Below, one piece after another: positions 39,421-50,999 of a stretch of 64,000 nucleotides of DNA. The DNA is from Albugo candida. Lineage: Eukaryota. The DNA is taken from positions 558,001-622,000 of the forward strand of contig JBDOQK010000001.1 in NCBI GenBank assembly GCA_040437565.1, given 5' to 3'. How positions within the stretch are numbered: the first letter of the stretch is position 1; the number at the start of each line of letters is the position of its first letter. The notes under the pieces are model-generated. The model made no database searches. It saw nothing but the letters and a program-made list of their open reading frames with translations, and had not been told where the DNA came from. The position numbers and the translations under genes were made by a program.

Positions 39421-39848
39421 CAATATATAGTAATCTCACCTGCGGAGCTGTTCACAACAGANNNNNNNNNNNNNNNNNNNNNNNNNNNNNNNNNNNNNNN
39501 NNNNNNNNNNNNNNNNNNNNNNNNNNNNNNNNNNNNNNNNNNNNNNNNNNNNNNNNNNNNNTGAAGCATTTTCAGCAATCGATTTTTTCTTCGTTTTCTT
39601 CTTCCTTCGCTTTTTATTTGCAGCTGTCGGATTCTGTGAGAAAAATCGCATCAATATATAGTAATCTCACCTGCGGAGCTGTTCACAACAGACGATTTTT
39701 CACGTGTCAAAGCGTTAAAGTTTTGGTGATTGGTGTCCATTTCTATGCTTTTTGATACAGACCCAGTCTTTGGACAAATTGCAAAAGTAGTATATTGAGA
39801 ATTCTAATTACTTATATAATCATCTAAGCATTATGGATTGCAGTTGAA

Positions 39849-41054
39849 TTATGTGTCGATGCCGAGATGCTTGAGATATTTGAATCGGATGTCATGAGAT
39901 GAGCGTGCGCGTGCTGAAACTTTGACATGAACGTCGTTTGGGATGAAAATCAAGGAATTTATATTTGTTTTTGCCATCTCCATAGTGTCAATTTGTACAG
40001 ATTTCTGTTGCATCGTGATGTTGGGTTGGTCAGCTTCGTCAGATACTCCAGAGTCGCTTATTGTAGCTTCTTTGCTCTCAATGTCATCGTCGTTACCGGG
40101 AGTATCATCGGCTGAGATGGTCTTGTCGGATACTTCGAGCTCCATTTCTTCATATAACGATTCCAAATTGCGTTCGACCATTGAGACAAATTCTTCGCGA
40201 GTGTGCCAGATGCAATTTCGTTGATGTTTTGTATATTCCTTGTGAATCGGAATATAAAAAAGTTCAGCTTCGTGATTAAATCGGACACTAGCTTTCGCTT
40301 GTTCTAAATGATTGCAGTCTGATGTGGTAGATTTCTGCTTGTGAGATGTAATGTGACCATCATCAATGTCAGATTGTGTGTCGATGGGAGTTATCTCATT
40401 CAAAACACACGAAGCATGACGCTTTTTGTCTTCTTTCGAACTATTCCGATTTTCTTTTTTGCCGTTTGAACTATACCAATTTACAAATAAGTCCAAAATC
40501 GACTTATCTCGACTTCTGTCCTTCTCCACGTCGTTCAGAGTCACTTTAAGACCTTTTTTTCGTTGCATCGATCGTTTTGATGATCTTTCAAGTTCTCGAC
40601 GAGTTGGGTTGATTCCCAATTGACTCCAGTATTGATGACGGATAGTCATGCCGTCACGACCAATTTTTGGGATAGAACCAAAAGATGATTCAAAATGTCT
40701 CAAACTGAGAGGATCTTTTCTCTCGGGAATTCGTTTCTGAGATCTTCGACGCTTTTTCTCTTCTTCAAGAACCGAATCATCCACAGGACAAACTCGTAGT
40801 TTTGGCATCGGTTTTAATTGATAAATTAGCGCACTTTCGTTCAATTTGTCACCCATTACTTCTGAATCATCCCTTTTTGCTGTATTTTTGTAATCATCAT
40901 CATGTTCGATGGCGTCATCCAAATAGCGACGAGATGTTGGGGTATCGCTGAATCGCCGCACACGAATTCCCTTTCCGCCGTTCCTTATTGAAATACTGGT
41001 GGCGCACAGCGTGCCTTGATTTCTCTCCAACGAGAGCTCTGCGAATGAATTCAT
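39849..41054 (-). CDS. Hypothetical protein (401 aa)
   Basis: Long ATG-initiated ORF in a gene-dense region; contains SVRFNHEAELFYIP...IWHTREEF; no domain recognised. Confidence 0.75.
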   Translation of the reverse strand: MNSFAELSLERNQGTLCATSISIRNGGKGIRVRRFSDTPTSRRYLDDAIEHDDDYKNTAKRDDSEVMGDKLNESALIYQLKPMPKLRVCPVDDSVLEEEKKRRRSQKRIPERKDPLSLRHFESSFGSIPKIGRDGMTIRHQYWSQLGINPTRRELERSSKRSMQRKKGLKVTLNDVEKDRSRDKSILDLFVNWYSSNGKKENRNSSKEDKKRHASCVLNEITPIDTQSDIDDGHITSHKQKSTTSDCNHLEQAKASVRFNHEAELFYIPIHKEYTKHQRNCIWHTREEFVSMVERNLESLYEEMELEVSDKTISADDTPGNDDDIESKEATISDSGVSDEADQPNITMQQKSVQIDTMEMAKTNINSLIFIPNDVHVKVSARARSSHDIRFKYLKHLGIDT

Positions 41055-41420
41055 TCTTACCGAGTTGGAAGTCAGAAGGATGAGCGATTTTGAAGTTTGA
41101 GCTCAAACTCAAATCGTGAGAGAGTGACCGATTTTGCGTTGCACCGTACACTTCAAAATAGGATTTCCTTATGATTATCAGAGATCGTTTAGTAATGATC
41201 TCTCTCTTGCATGCTTGACTAGACTATTATATTCATGACATCACACTTATATACAAACCTGGTCGAATCCAATCACAAAAGGAGCTCAAAAACGCGCACA
41301 GTTGTGCAACATGAGGCGCATGATTGACACATAAGGTTTCCTAGTACTGAGACAAAGTTGTGTTGCACACTTGGAATTAGAATCAGCCATATTGTAACTG
41401 ACTCTATTAATAGCCTCTAA

Positions 41421-41469
41421 TGGCCCAGTAAATGCATCTTAGTGGCCCATATAACTGCTAGATGGCCCA
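41421..41469 (+). promoter_or_regulatory. Triple TGGCCCA motif upstream of PDX1
   Basis: TGGCCCA at 41421, 41443 and 41463. Confidence 0.5.
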
Positions 41470-41534
41470 GTGTCCCACCTAAAAAACCTCAAAAACAAGG
41501 TGTTTACACACTGGTTGCTGCACGATAAAGTGAT

Positions 41535-41548
41535 TCACTTCTTGATTC
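41535..41548 (+). promoter_or_regulatory. INR+FPR-like core promoter of PDX1
   Basis: TCACTTCTTGATTC fits the oomycete YCAYTY-NNN-WTTY pattern, about 30 bp before the ATG. Confidence 0.5.
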
Positions 41549-41564
41549 TTATACAATCGTAAAC

Positions 41565-42491
41565 ATGCAATCGAATGCGCAGACCAACGGCACTTGCTCA
41601 GAAGGAACCTTTGCTGTGAAGGCAGGCCTTGCCAAAATGCTGAAAGGTGGTGTCATCATGGACGTTACGAATGCAGAACAAGCGCGTATTGCCGAACAAG
41701 CCGGAGCTGTTGCAGTCATGGCCCTCGAGCGTATCCCGGCTGATATCCGTGTAGACGGTGGCGTGGCACGAATGAGTGATCCTCAAATGATCGAACAGAT
41801 AAAAAAAGCGGTCACTATTCCAGTAATGGCTAAAGTACGAATTGGACACTTTGTTGAAGCACAAATATTAGAGGCTTTGGAGATTGATTACATTGACGAA
41901 AGTGAGGTGCTTACAATGGCCGATGAAGAAAACCACATCAATAAACATAACTACAAAGTTCCTTTTGTATGTGGATGTCGAAATTTGGGGGAAGCTCTGC
42001 GTCGTATCGCCGAAGGAGCATCTATGCTCCGAACTAAAGGGGAAGCTGGCACAGGAAATATTGTCGAAGCTGTACGTCATGCGCGATCCGTTCAGCGTGA
42101 GATCAAAAGATTGAGTAGTATGGATGAGGACGAGCTGTTTGTGGCTGCCAAGGAAATGCAAGCGCCTTACAATTTAGTTAAAGAAGTCGCCAAGACTGGA
42201 CGTTTGCCTGTTGTCAATTTCGCTGCTGGTGGTGTCGCAACTCCAGCAGATGCAGCTCTGATGATGCAACTTGGAATGGATGGTGTTTTTGTTGGGTCAG
42301 GAATCTTCAAATCAGGTGATCCAGCGAAACGCGCTCGTGCAATGGTACAAGCTGTGACTCACTTTAAAGACGTAAAGCTTTTGAAAAATATAAGCACGGA
42401 TCTGGGAGAAGCTATGGTAGGTGTACAGGATCTGAAGCACTCAAATGTGAATTTCCGAGATCGGGAGGGGAAGCTTCATGGTGCCTGGTGA
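41565..42491 (+). CDS. PDX1: Pyridoxal 5'-phosphate synthase subunit (SNZ/Pdx1)
   Basis: [68 protein letters not shown]. Confidence 0.98.
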   Translation: MQSNAQTNGTCSEGTFAVKAGLAKMLKGGVIMDVTNAEQARIAEQAGAVAVMALERIPADIRVDGGVARMSDPQMIEQIKKAVTIPVMAKVRIGHFVEAQILEALEIDYIDESEVLTMADEENHINKHNYKVPFVCGCRNLGEALRRIAEGASMLRTKGEAGTGNIVEAVRHARSVQREIKRLSSMDEDELFVAAKEMQAPYNLVKEVAKTGRLPVVNFAAGGVATPADAALMMQLGMDGVFVGSGIFKSGDPAKRARAMVQAVTHFKDVKLLKNISTDLGEAMVGVQDLKHSNVNFRDREGKLHGAW

Positions 42492-42520
42492 TTCAGTGTA
42501 CAAATGTCAACGTCCGACCC

Positions 42521-45500
42521 CTATCGAGCATAGGATAATTCATCAGAATAAAGCAACTTGATGCGCAAATCGCTCATTATGAACCTCGAAAACTTAGTTT
42601 TTCGGTGTCTTCTCTGCTCGTAGAAGAGCAACAACGTGCGCCAGATCTTGAATCTCTTGCTTCGCTGCGTTATATTCCTTTTCTTCTGAAACAATTCGGT
42701 CAACAAGTGCATCACGCAACTCCACAAATCGCTTTCTGCACGCCGAATTTGCTGCCCTGTGCACATGCAGCAATTGTAATCTATAAAGCNNNNNNNNNNN
42801 NNNNNNNNNNNNNNNNNNNNNNNNNNNNNNNNNNNNNNNNNNNNNNNNNNNNNNNNNNNNNNNNNNNNNNNNNNNNNNNNNNNNNNNNNTTTTCGGTGTC
42901 TTCTCTGCTCGTAGAAGAGCAACAACGTGCGCCAGATCTTGAATCTCTTGCTTCGCTGCGTTATATTCCTTTTCTTCTGAAACAATTCGGTCAACAAGTG
43001 CATCACGCAACTCCACAAATCGCTTTCTGCACGCCGAATTTGCTGCCCTGTGCACATGCAGCAATTGTAATCTATAAAGCCATCAAAAGGGATGCTTACG
43101 TAAGTATCCCGCCATCGATTTGACTTGTCATCGCTTGAACGTGTTTTTTCTTTTCAATCAAATTGCGTTTTCGACGCATCCAATGCTCAAGACGGCTTGC
43201 TAGTTCCTCAATAGATAACAATCTTTTCCCGCACGCTCTGTCTGAGCTTTTGATGTCTTCTGTCCGACACTTGGAGCTCATCTCGTTCCCAATTTCACGC
43301 ATTTTCGGCTCCGGTACCGATTTCAGCTGAGAATGATTGTGAGAAATCTTTTGCGTCTGAAGTGCCATGTCATGCTGCCCAAAAAGCAGATCGAATGGCT
43401 TTCTCGGACGCGGTCGTGCCCGTGGAAACACGTTCAGCTCGTGAAACTCGCCGCGAGTCTCTGTAAACTCATTATCTCGAAGAAGAAGAGGTTTTTTCCG
43501 ACCAAATTGCTTCTCGCTGTCATACAAACTCTTTTGCGCCATCGCAAAAGGCAATAATGGGAAAATAGGAGCATTGGGCCGTTCTCGTGCACGCAATGTC
43601 TTACTTCTCCACTGTCGTGCGATACAAGCGACTTTTCTCCAAACTCGCATCGATTCAGCCGCTTGCACCATCTCCAAAGTTTGGAGTCTTTGTTCCTGTA
43701 ATCCTGTTGCTGCAAGAAACCAAAGACGAAGACCTTGACGGATAAAGTACTGATGACGAAACTCGAGAGCCGCATGGTATCGTGCTCGCTCTTCCATCTT
43801 CATTGATATGTGCGTTTTCCAGGTCAGGAAAATCTTACGCTGTAGAGAGATTTTCCAATGCAATAATGAGAGTTGCAGTTGCTTTCTACAGCGAATGCGT
43901 TGTTCCCGCTTGTAATTCCATTCTGTAAAGTATCGAAGGAGAAGTGTTCGTCTTTCATGGAGCTTAGCACGCTGATACATGTCAGATTTTTGACGCACTT
44001 TGACAAGGTAGATCTTCCATGCGGTAAGGAAGCGGTATGCCAAACGTTGCTCACATCTGCCTCGGATGTACGCTGCAATATGACGAGTACATAATCGATG
44101 AATTGCATGTTCCTTCCAGTTGAGAAAATAATGTTCTCTTTTTTGTATCATTTTTTTTGCCTCGTGATCTCTCGCACGCTGTGCGAAAGCTTCCATAAGC
44201 ATTTTTTGATCTCGACACCACTTTGACCATGCAGTAATGGTTTTCCATAATAAAGTGTGCTCGTAATGCTCAATAGCATCGTCAAGTTTTCTCTTGACGA
44301 TCTGCACTTGCATGTGATATATCACAAAACCGGAATACCAAATGCGTTTGAGTAGAGCTTTTTGGTTGGCACTTTTGATGGTTCCTTCAATCTCGGTGTT
44401 TCTCTTCCGATGGAGTGTGAATGTTTTCCAGGCAAGAAAGAGCGAACGCTGCAGCTTTTCTGTCGTTTTAAGCTTAAAATTGCGAATATTCTGATGCAAA
44501 TTTTCTTTGTTTTGTTTGAACCCAGTGAAACCACTGGAAAGTAGACAAAAGTATCGAAAACGTCTACTTTTTCGTCGAAAGGTATCCTTCTTCCTTCCCT
44601 CAGCAGTGTACATTTTCAGAGAATTCCAGACGAGAAGAAGAAGACGAGAATTCTTCGCATGCATAATCACTCTTGTTGCTATTCTTTGACGAAATGTGCG
44701 TCTCCAATCAGTCAAGTGACCACGCAATATCGCGTCATGTCTTACTTGAGCAGTCGACTTTTCGTGCGATTTGAGACGGGAAAGGTATCGCCAATGTCCA
44801 AACACTTCATGAAGTACCCTAGCTTTAGCCTGTTCGGTTATAAGGCTTCCATTTGTTCGAGCGTTTGCATCAATATGTATCCTATCTCGTAGACAGCGAA
44901 ATGTATGATACATCAGGGCCTTTGTACTCCACCTATGACACAATATAAGCTTCTCTATCAGACCAAAAGAAGCTTTAACGTACCTTTCAAATATATTTTT
45001 CATTCGATTTCTACGCAATTGACGAGAGAATTTGCAGTACTGTATGTGCTTTTTCAGACTGTGGATCGCGCGCTTTGTGAGCTTATAATACTGAAATTTG
45101 AAAGCCTGTCGATCAGCTACTGCTTCAGTATGAACACGATCACGCCAAAATTTCCACACTCTCCAAGTATCTCGCTGTCGCCGTGCGTGTATGACATTTC
45201 GATACTTTCTCCTATTTATCGCATTTTCAGTGTATCTTTTCCAGATCTATCATTGTGATTTATGCCTTTGCAAAAACCAATTTCCAAATGAAATGTATTT
45301 TTTTACGTAAAACGATTGCTTTTGGATGTAATCTGCATAACTGAGTACAATCACACGCAGAGTCACGCAAATAAATTCTCTGAGTCGATTCTCTGCGCAA
45401 TTTTTTCCCGTTGTGCCCAAAGCGGAGCTTCTATTTCGATGTAATAACTGTCTGCCGGTATCGCTCTTATTGAACTTCTATTAAAGGAGGAGAATGTTAC

Positions 45501-46054
45501 CACTTCTAATTGATTCGAAACTATCGCTTATACCGAATGCTCGCGACACTTTGCACGCCATTGATGGAACACATATCGCTGCCAGNNNNNNNNNNNNNNN
45601 NNNNNNNNNNNNNNNNNNNNNNNNNNNNNNNNNNNNNNNNNNNNNNNNNNNNNNNNNNNNNNNNNNNNNNNNNNNNNNNNNNNNNCTCTGAGTCGATTCT
45701 CTGCGCAATTTTTTCCCGTTGTGCCCAAAGCGGAGCTTCTATTTCGATGTAATAACTGTCTGCCGGTATAGCTCTTATTAAACTTCTATTAAAGGAGGAG
45801 AATGTTACCACTTCTAATTGATTCAAAACTATCGCTTATACCGAATGCTCGCGACACTTTGCACGCCATTGATGGAACACATATCGCTGCCAGAATCGCA
45901 CACCAATGCGACAGGCTGCAATGATTTGCTAGACTATTGTCAGTATGCTCATATCGCGAGATGTTTCACTTTACATTCTTTCTACTTTGGTATCGTCTAT
46001 GCGAATCTCTCCATGCAAGAAAAGCTCGAGCCAGTTCAGATCGACGCGAGTCAT
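42521..46054 (-). CDS. SFI1-like repeat (centrin-binding-type) helical protein, multi-exon
   Basis: Repeated L..F..W units (LHEVFGHWR, LFLAWK, KTITAWSKW, RFLTAWK, RYFTEWN, KIFLTWK) in ORF 43096-45159. The 5' exons (MTRVDLNW..., start ~46054) and 3' exon are inferred. Confidence 0.65.
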
Positions 46055-46167
46055 CCATATTTGGCTGATGTCATGAGATTGGTCAATAAGTACGTCTGAT
46101 ACACCAATTATATGCGAGGCACACTGAAATGCCGCATGCAACACAATAGGAAGCGACCGAAAGAAAG

Positions 46168-47325
46168 ATGAAATCGGAGCGTCAAGTCTCCAATTTGGTA
46201 TTCAAATGGCACGATATGGATGGTAAAACGTACTTTCATAATTACGTTACTTGTGAAACAATTGGAAGAGGTCGTTTTGGTAAAGTCAAAAGGTGTTATC
46301 AAATGTATGACAATAGAATCAAAAGCGACAGAAAAGTGCAAAATGTGGATGAAGACATCTTATCATATTCCTTGCGAAAAATAAGACTTTATGAGTTATC
46401 ATTCACTTATAGAAAAAGATCAAAGAGTTTTAATTTTGTCGACGGATTAGCGCGAGAAACTCGACTTTTTGCGGCTAAAATCATATCAAAACGGCTTCTG
46501 AGACGAATGAAAACATATCAATGGAATGAAGAGTTGAAACAAATGACTACAAGATCGGCGCTGGATGATTTATATAGAGAAATACAGCTCATGCGGCAAT
46601 TTAATCACGAAAATGTCGTGAGTTTGAATGACGTACTAGATGACCGGGGAGAAGATAAAATATATTTTATCACGGAATATATGAAAAACGGTGAATGCAT
46701 GCGATTTGACAGCGTCAGACGAAGATTTACATCTCCAATCACCAAAACCGTTCTACCAGAGACTTTGGCTCGTCGACATATCTCGGATATTCTTCACGGC
46801 ATCAGGTATCTCCATAACATGGATGTTGCTCATCGTGACCTAAAGGTTAGAATCACCTTTACAAGGTGCGATGATTGCTAACGTAACCACTGTTGTCACG
46901 TATAGCCACACAACATCCTCCTCGATAGCTCTTTCCGATGCCGAATTACTGACTTTGGATGCGCCATCTACAAGCCTGAAGAAGGAGCTTTGGTCTCCGA
47001 CACATGCGGAACTTATCACTTTTTTTCTCCTGAATGTTGCTCAGGAGATCCCTATGATCCATTTCTAGGCGATATGTGGGCAGTCGGGATTATATTATAC
47101 ATATTCGTGTATGGGAAGCTTCCTTTCGAGGCAGAACACACTGGCATTTTATTTGAAAAGATAACACAGCATGAAGTCACCATCAATCCATGTAGCCTGT
47201 CAGTTCTTGGTGTTGATTTTCTCACAAAGTTGATTGAGAAGGATCCATCCAAGCGAATGTCAGCAACTCAAGCTCTCTGTCACCCTTGGATATCAAAGTG
47301 TGCTCACGACGCCGCAAATGCTTAG
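46168..47325 (+). CDS. CaMKK/GRIK-like Ser/Thr protein kinase
   Basis: IGRGRFGKVK, AAKIISK, HRDLK|PHNIL (intron ~46845-46904), TDFG, TCGTYHFFSPE, DMWAVG. Confidence 0.88.
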
Positions 47326-47506
47326 AAAGTCGGCATAAATTCTGGTTTTCAACCGCATTTGCTCTCAAATGCCGCTATTTTCTCTTTGGATTGGCGTCCT
47401 GTCGTTGTAATTGTCTGTTTATATCAAAAGATAACTTATCGGATGAAAATTATACGCTCTCCTGACACAATAGGTCGAGTAGACTCGGGAGAATAGGCTG
47501 AGCAGA

Positions 47507-48966
47507 ATGAATGGTAGAGATACATATGATGTAAATGAGCTGGAGACTTTGGCATTTCGAAAAGGAGAGGTGGGAATACTCCGCTACTTCAAAGGTATGG
47601 TACCCGGAATGATCAGTTGATGGTCCTGACATAAAGCGTCTTGGAAAGAATCGCCCATGCGAGCGCATTTGGCTATCAAAACACTCGCAAATCGCATTTG
47701 GATGGAAAATGGGGATGCCTCGAGACTGTATCAATTAGAAATAGAAAGTATATCGGTTTATGCTCAAAGACTGCTTTGGAACGCGCTAGTTTTGTATAAA
47801 CAGCAACTGCGTCAATCCTCACCAATTTTACGAGCAATTGAAAAATTGGCTGAGGCGTATGTTGAGATTCCGTCAAAGGCGCATGGAAATGTTGACAATG
47901 TATGCGAATGGCTGGCGTACACAATGCTGCCAGGCTTACAAATTCAGGATCGCAAGGAGTTTGAAACTGAAATGAGTCGATACGTTGGTGTGTTTTCAGA
48001 GAGAACAAATGCGGCCATCAAGCGAGAAGAAGGGTTCAAAGGTACAGTTGACATGCAACGTAAGCGTCAAAAAGTTGAGACTGATGAGCAGCTGAAACCC
48101 ACGGTGACACTCAGTGAGGATGTACTAAAGGCGGCTTTGGTATTGGAAAAAAAAGCTCCCAAAATCAGTGATCCAGGCTGGTGTAAAAGTGTCCTTGCGT
48201 TATTAGAAAGCACCATCAACCCAGCCAAGTCCACCCACGACGAAAGCGCGATTTTACTTTCCCAGCTTTCCAATCGCTTGCAGCTGTCATCACGTAGCGA
48301 TGATGTAATTTGTACCATTTTGAATGCTATGATCGAACAACGGTGGAATTCTCGCTATGTGGGCATCATTTTGGCCGAGATTGTGGTTCCAAAGCTGGAA
48401 ATGGCTACCACATTGATCTCCCATAGTCTTTATCAGGCCCTCTTGGCTGTCTCAAATGCATTTGTAGACAAGACCGTTCTGTTCTTGATCGTTCCTTTGA
48501 TGCACACAAAGCGGAAGTTTGGATCATCCCAGGGCGAGATCATCTTGCGAGTTATCCGAAGAGGGATACCCGATAGCAAATTGGACGAGTTGATGAGCGC
48601 ATTATTGACTGCCGATGAAAATCAACTACCAGTAATGGAAAATGAACATAAAGTCGCGGTGATCCAGCATATTCTGGATCGAGCTTTGGAATTAAAGACT
48701 ACAACACTCTCCGACATTGTCTCACAATTTGATAAAGTAACAAAACAATTTCCTCGAATGTGCACATCAATGCGATTTAATAGTTTGATTTTTCGCTTCA
48801 TCAAAGTATATCCAGCAGAGGTATGTGATCAAATGATTTTGGACTGAAGACTGACGATTGGGTGCAGGCGTCGTCACATATTCTTAGACTACGAGCTATC
48901 AGTGCTCGATTAAACACTATAATGACGAAATCCATCAATGGAGCCATCAAATCTTTATCGGACTAA
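47507..48966 (+). CDS. FANCE-like protein (Fanconi anemia group E C-terminal domain), 3 exons
   Basis: Helical-repeat C-terminus VVPKL...ISHSLYQAL...LIVPLM...GSSQGEII...TSMRFNSLIFRFIKVY...LNTIMTKS resembles the FA_FANCE domain. Introns at ~47595-47636 and ~48821-48867 keep the frame. Confidence 0.6.
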
Positions 48967-49234
48967 TTGAATGGATCGCGAGCAAGCACATGCAAGGGAA
49001 TAACAGAAACGAGACAAGGAGAGTCTAATAAGATACGAGCTAACATTGTGAAAGCCATAAAACTCAGGGTGAATCGATGGAACGGACCAAATGTTGGTGG
49101 TATTTATATATCTTTAATTGCGGTCGTATCGCGTTCGGTGTAAATGAATTCGAACCGACACATTTTTTCCAAAAGGAGAAACTGCTTCATATACCTCATC
49201 AGCGTTGTATAATAGCGTAATTGAAGAGGGTGTC

Positions 49235-50949
49235 ATGACTGATCCAGATGTCCAGGTCGAGGCTCTGGTCTCTGAAACAAGTTTGGAGTATCAATTAGCA
49301 TTTTTCTGCTCCCTATTTCTCATTCTTTTGATGGTTGCAATCATCGGAAGTAATTATGTCACGCACATATTGCGTTGGCATTTTTTACCAGAGGCAGGGG
49401 CTACGATCGGTATTGGAATCATCGCAAGCATTCTGTGCCTACTAAAAAGTGGTTCTATTGCTACTTCTTTGATGGCGTTTGACCCCAATTTCTTCTTTGT
49501 TGGCTTACTCCCACCCATCATTTTCAACTCCGGATACACTATGAAACGAAGATATTTCTTCGAGAACATTACACCCATTTTGACGTACTCCATCTTGGGC
49601 ACTTTAACGATGAGCCTTGTTACTGGCGTTCTCTTGTACAGTGTTGGTCGATTGGGATGGGTCACTAAATTATCGCTTGCAGAGAGTCTGACATTTGGGT
49701 CATTGATAAGCGCCACTGACACAGTGTCTATCCTCGCGGTCTTCCAAGAACTACACGTGGATCCAAGACTTTTCTATATGGTATTTGGAGAGAGCTCTTT
49801 GAATGACGCAGTTGCCATTTGTTTATTTACGACATTTTCAAAATTTATTGGCTACTCGTATTCCTTTACTCCGATGTTGTTCGCGATATTTGAGTTTGGT
49901 TTGGTATTTGTTGGATCGACACTGATTGGCGTCGCTTTTGGCATGCTTCCGGCGCTTTTATTCAAGTTTTCTAATCTCAAGTCATGCTTAATGCATGAAG
50001 TCGGCGTCTATGTCATGTTTGTTTATTTGCCATTCACTATTGCTCAGATTTTGGAAATGTCGGGTGTTGTTGCCATTATATTTGCTGGTATAGCAATGAA
50101 GCATTACGCTTCGCCGAATTTATCAAAAGAAGCACAAGAAATGTATGGAATTTATATTTCACGGCATTCCTTAATGCGCCTGACTGTGTTTATAGTTGCG
50201 CACGCGTTTTCCAAACAATTGCGTATCTCGCAGAGACCGCTGTTTTTCTCAGTAAGTGAATTGTTCCTTTTTATCTTTCATCATTCATGACGGAATTGTG
50301 CGTTTAGATTTGGGTTTATCGGTCTTTGCACTGCAAAACGGATACAATATCATTTTTATCACATTCACTGCATTATTTTGCTTGATAGCTCGAGCGTGTA
50401 ATGTGTATCCACTGACAGCACTTTTGAACAAGCGAAAAGGAGTAGCAGAGATTACTCGGAATCAGCAACACATGATTTGGTATAGTGGGCTACGAGGTGC
50501 AGTTGCGTTCGCATTGGCAAAGTCCTTCCCCGGGGAAAAACGAAATGAGATCATCGCTACGACCATGATCATTATCTTATTATCTATATTCGTGATGGGA
50601 GGAGGAACCGTATCGATGCTCAACTTCTTGAAGATTCCCCGCTTGACGGTACGATAGCTTTCCAACGACGTGGATATTGCTTTTAATGTATTGGAATGTG
50701 TAGCCCGAAGAGGAATTAGCATTGGACCAAACTGTGAAGCCTTACCAAAACATGCGCTTACTCCAATTCGATAACAAATATCTCATTCCCTTTGTGACGA
50801 ATTTATGTGAATCAGCTGACGGAACAAAAGGAAATGCAGTACAAAAGCACGGTCGAAGTAAGAGCTTCGCAAGTGAGAAAAACGATATCGACAACGGGGA
50901 AGAAGACGATGTTATTGAGATTGTGAAGCGTGAAGTTCGATTTAGCTGA
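49235..50949 (+). CDS. Na+/H+ exchanger (CPA1/NHE, NHE6-8/NHX-like), multi-exon
   Basis: FDPNFFFVGLLPPIIFNSGY, FGSLISATDTVS, VFGESSLNDAVAI, WYSGLRGAVAFALA. Confidence 0.93.
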
Positions 50950-50999
50950 TGTGTAGACTCTTTGTAAGGAAGGAGACGACGTGAATTTTATCGTACCCC

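Noticed and set aside
41565-42491. PDX1 as a horizontally acquired or SNZ/SNO clustered locus
   Set aside because: PDX1 is widespread in non-animal eukaryotes, and no PDX2 partner is adjacent.
46180-46260. WW-like motif (W...DGKTYFHNYVT) at the kinase N-terminus
   Set aside because: It runs directly into the Gly-rich loop and fits the normal pre-kinase strand of CaMKK/GRIK kinases; the second Trp is missing.
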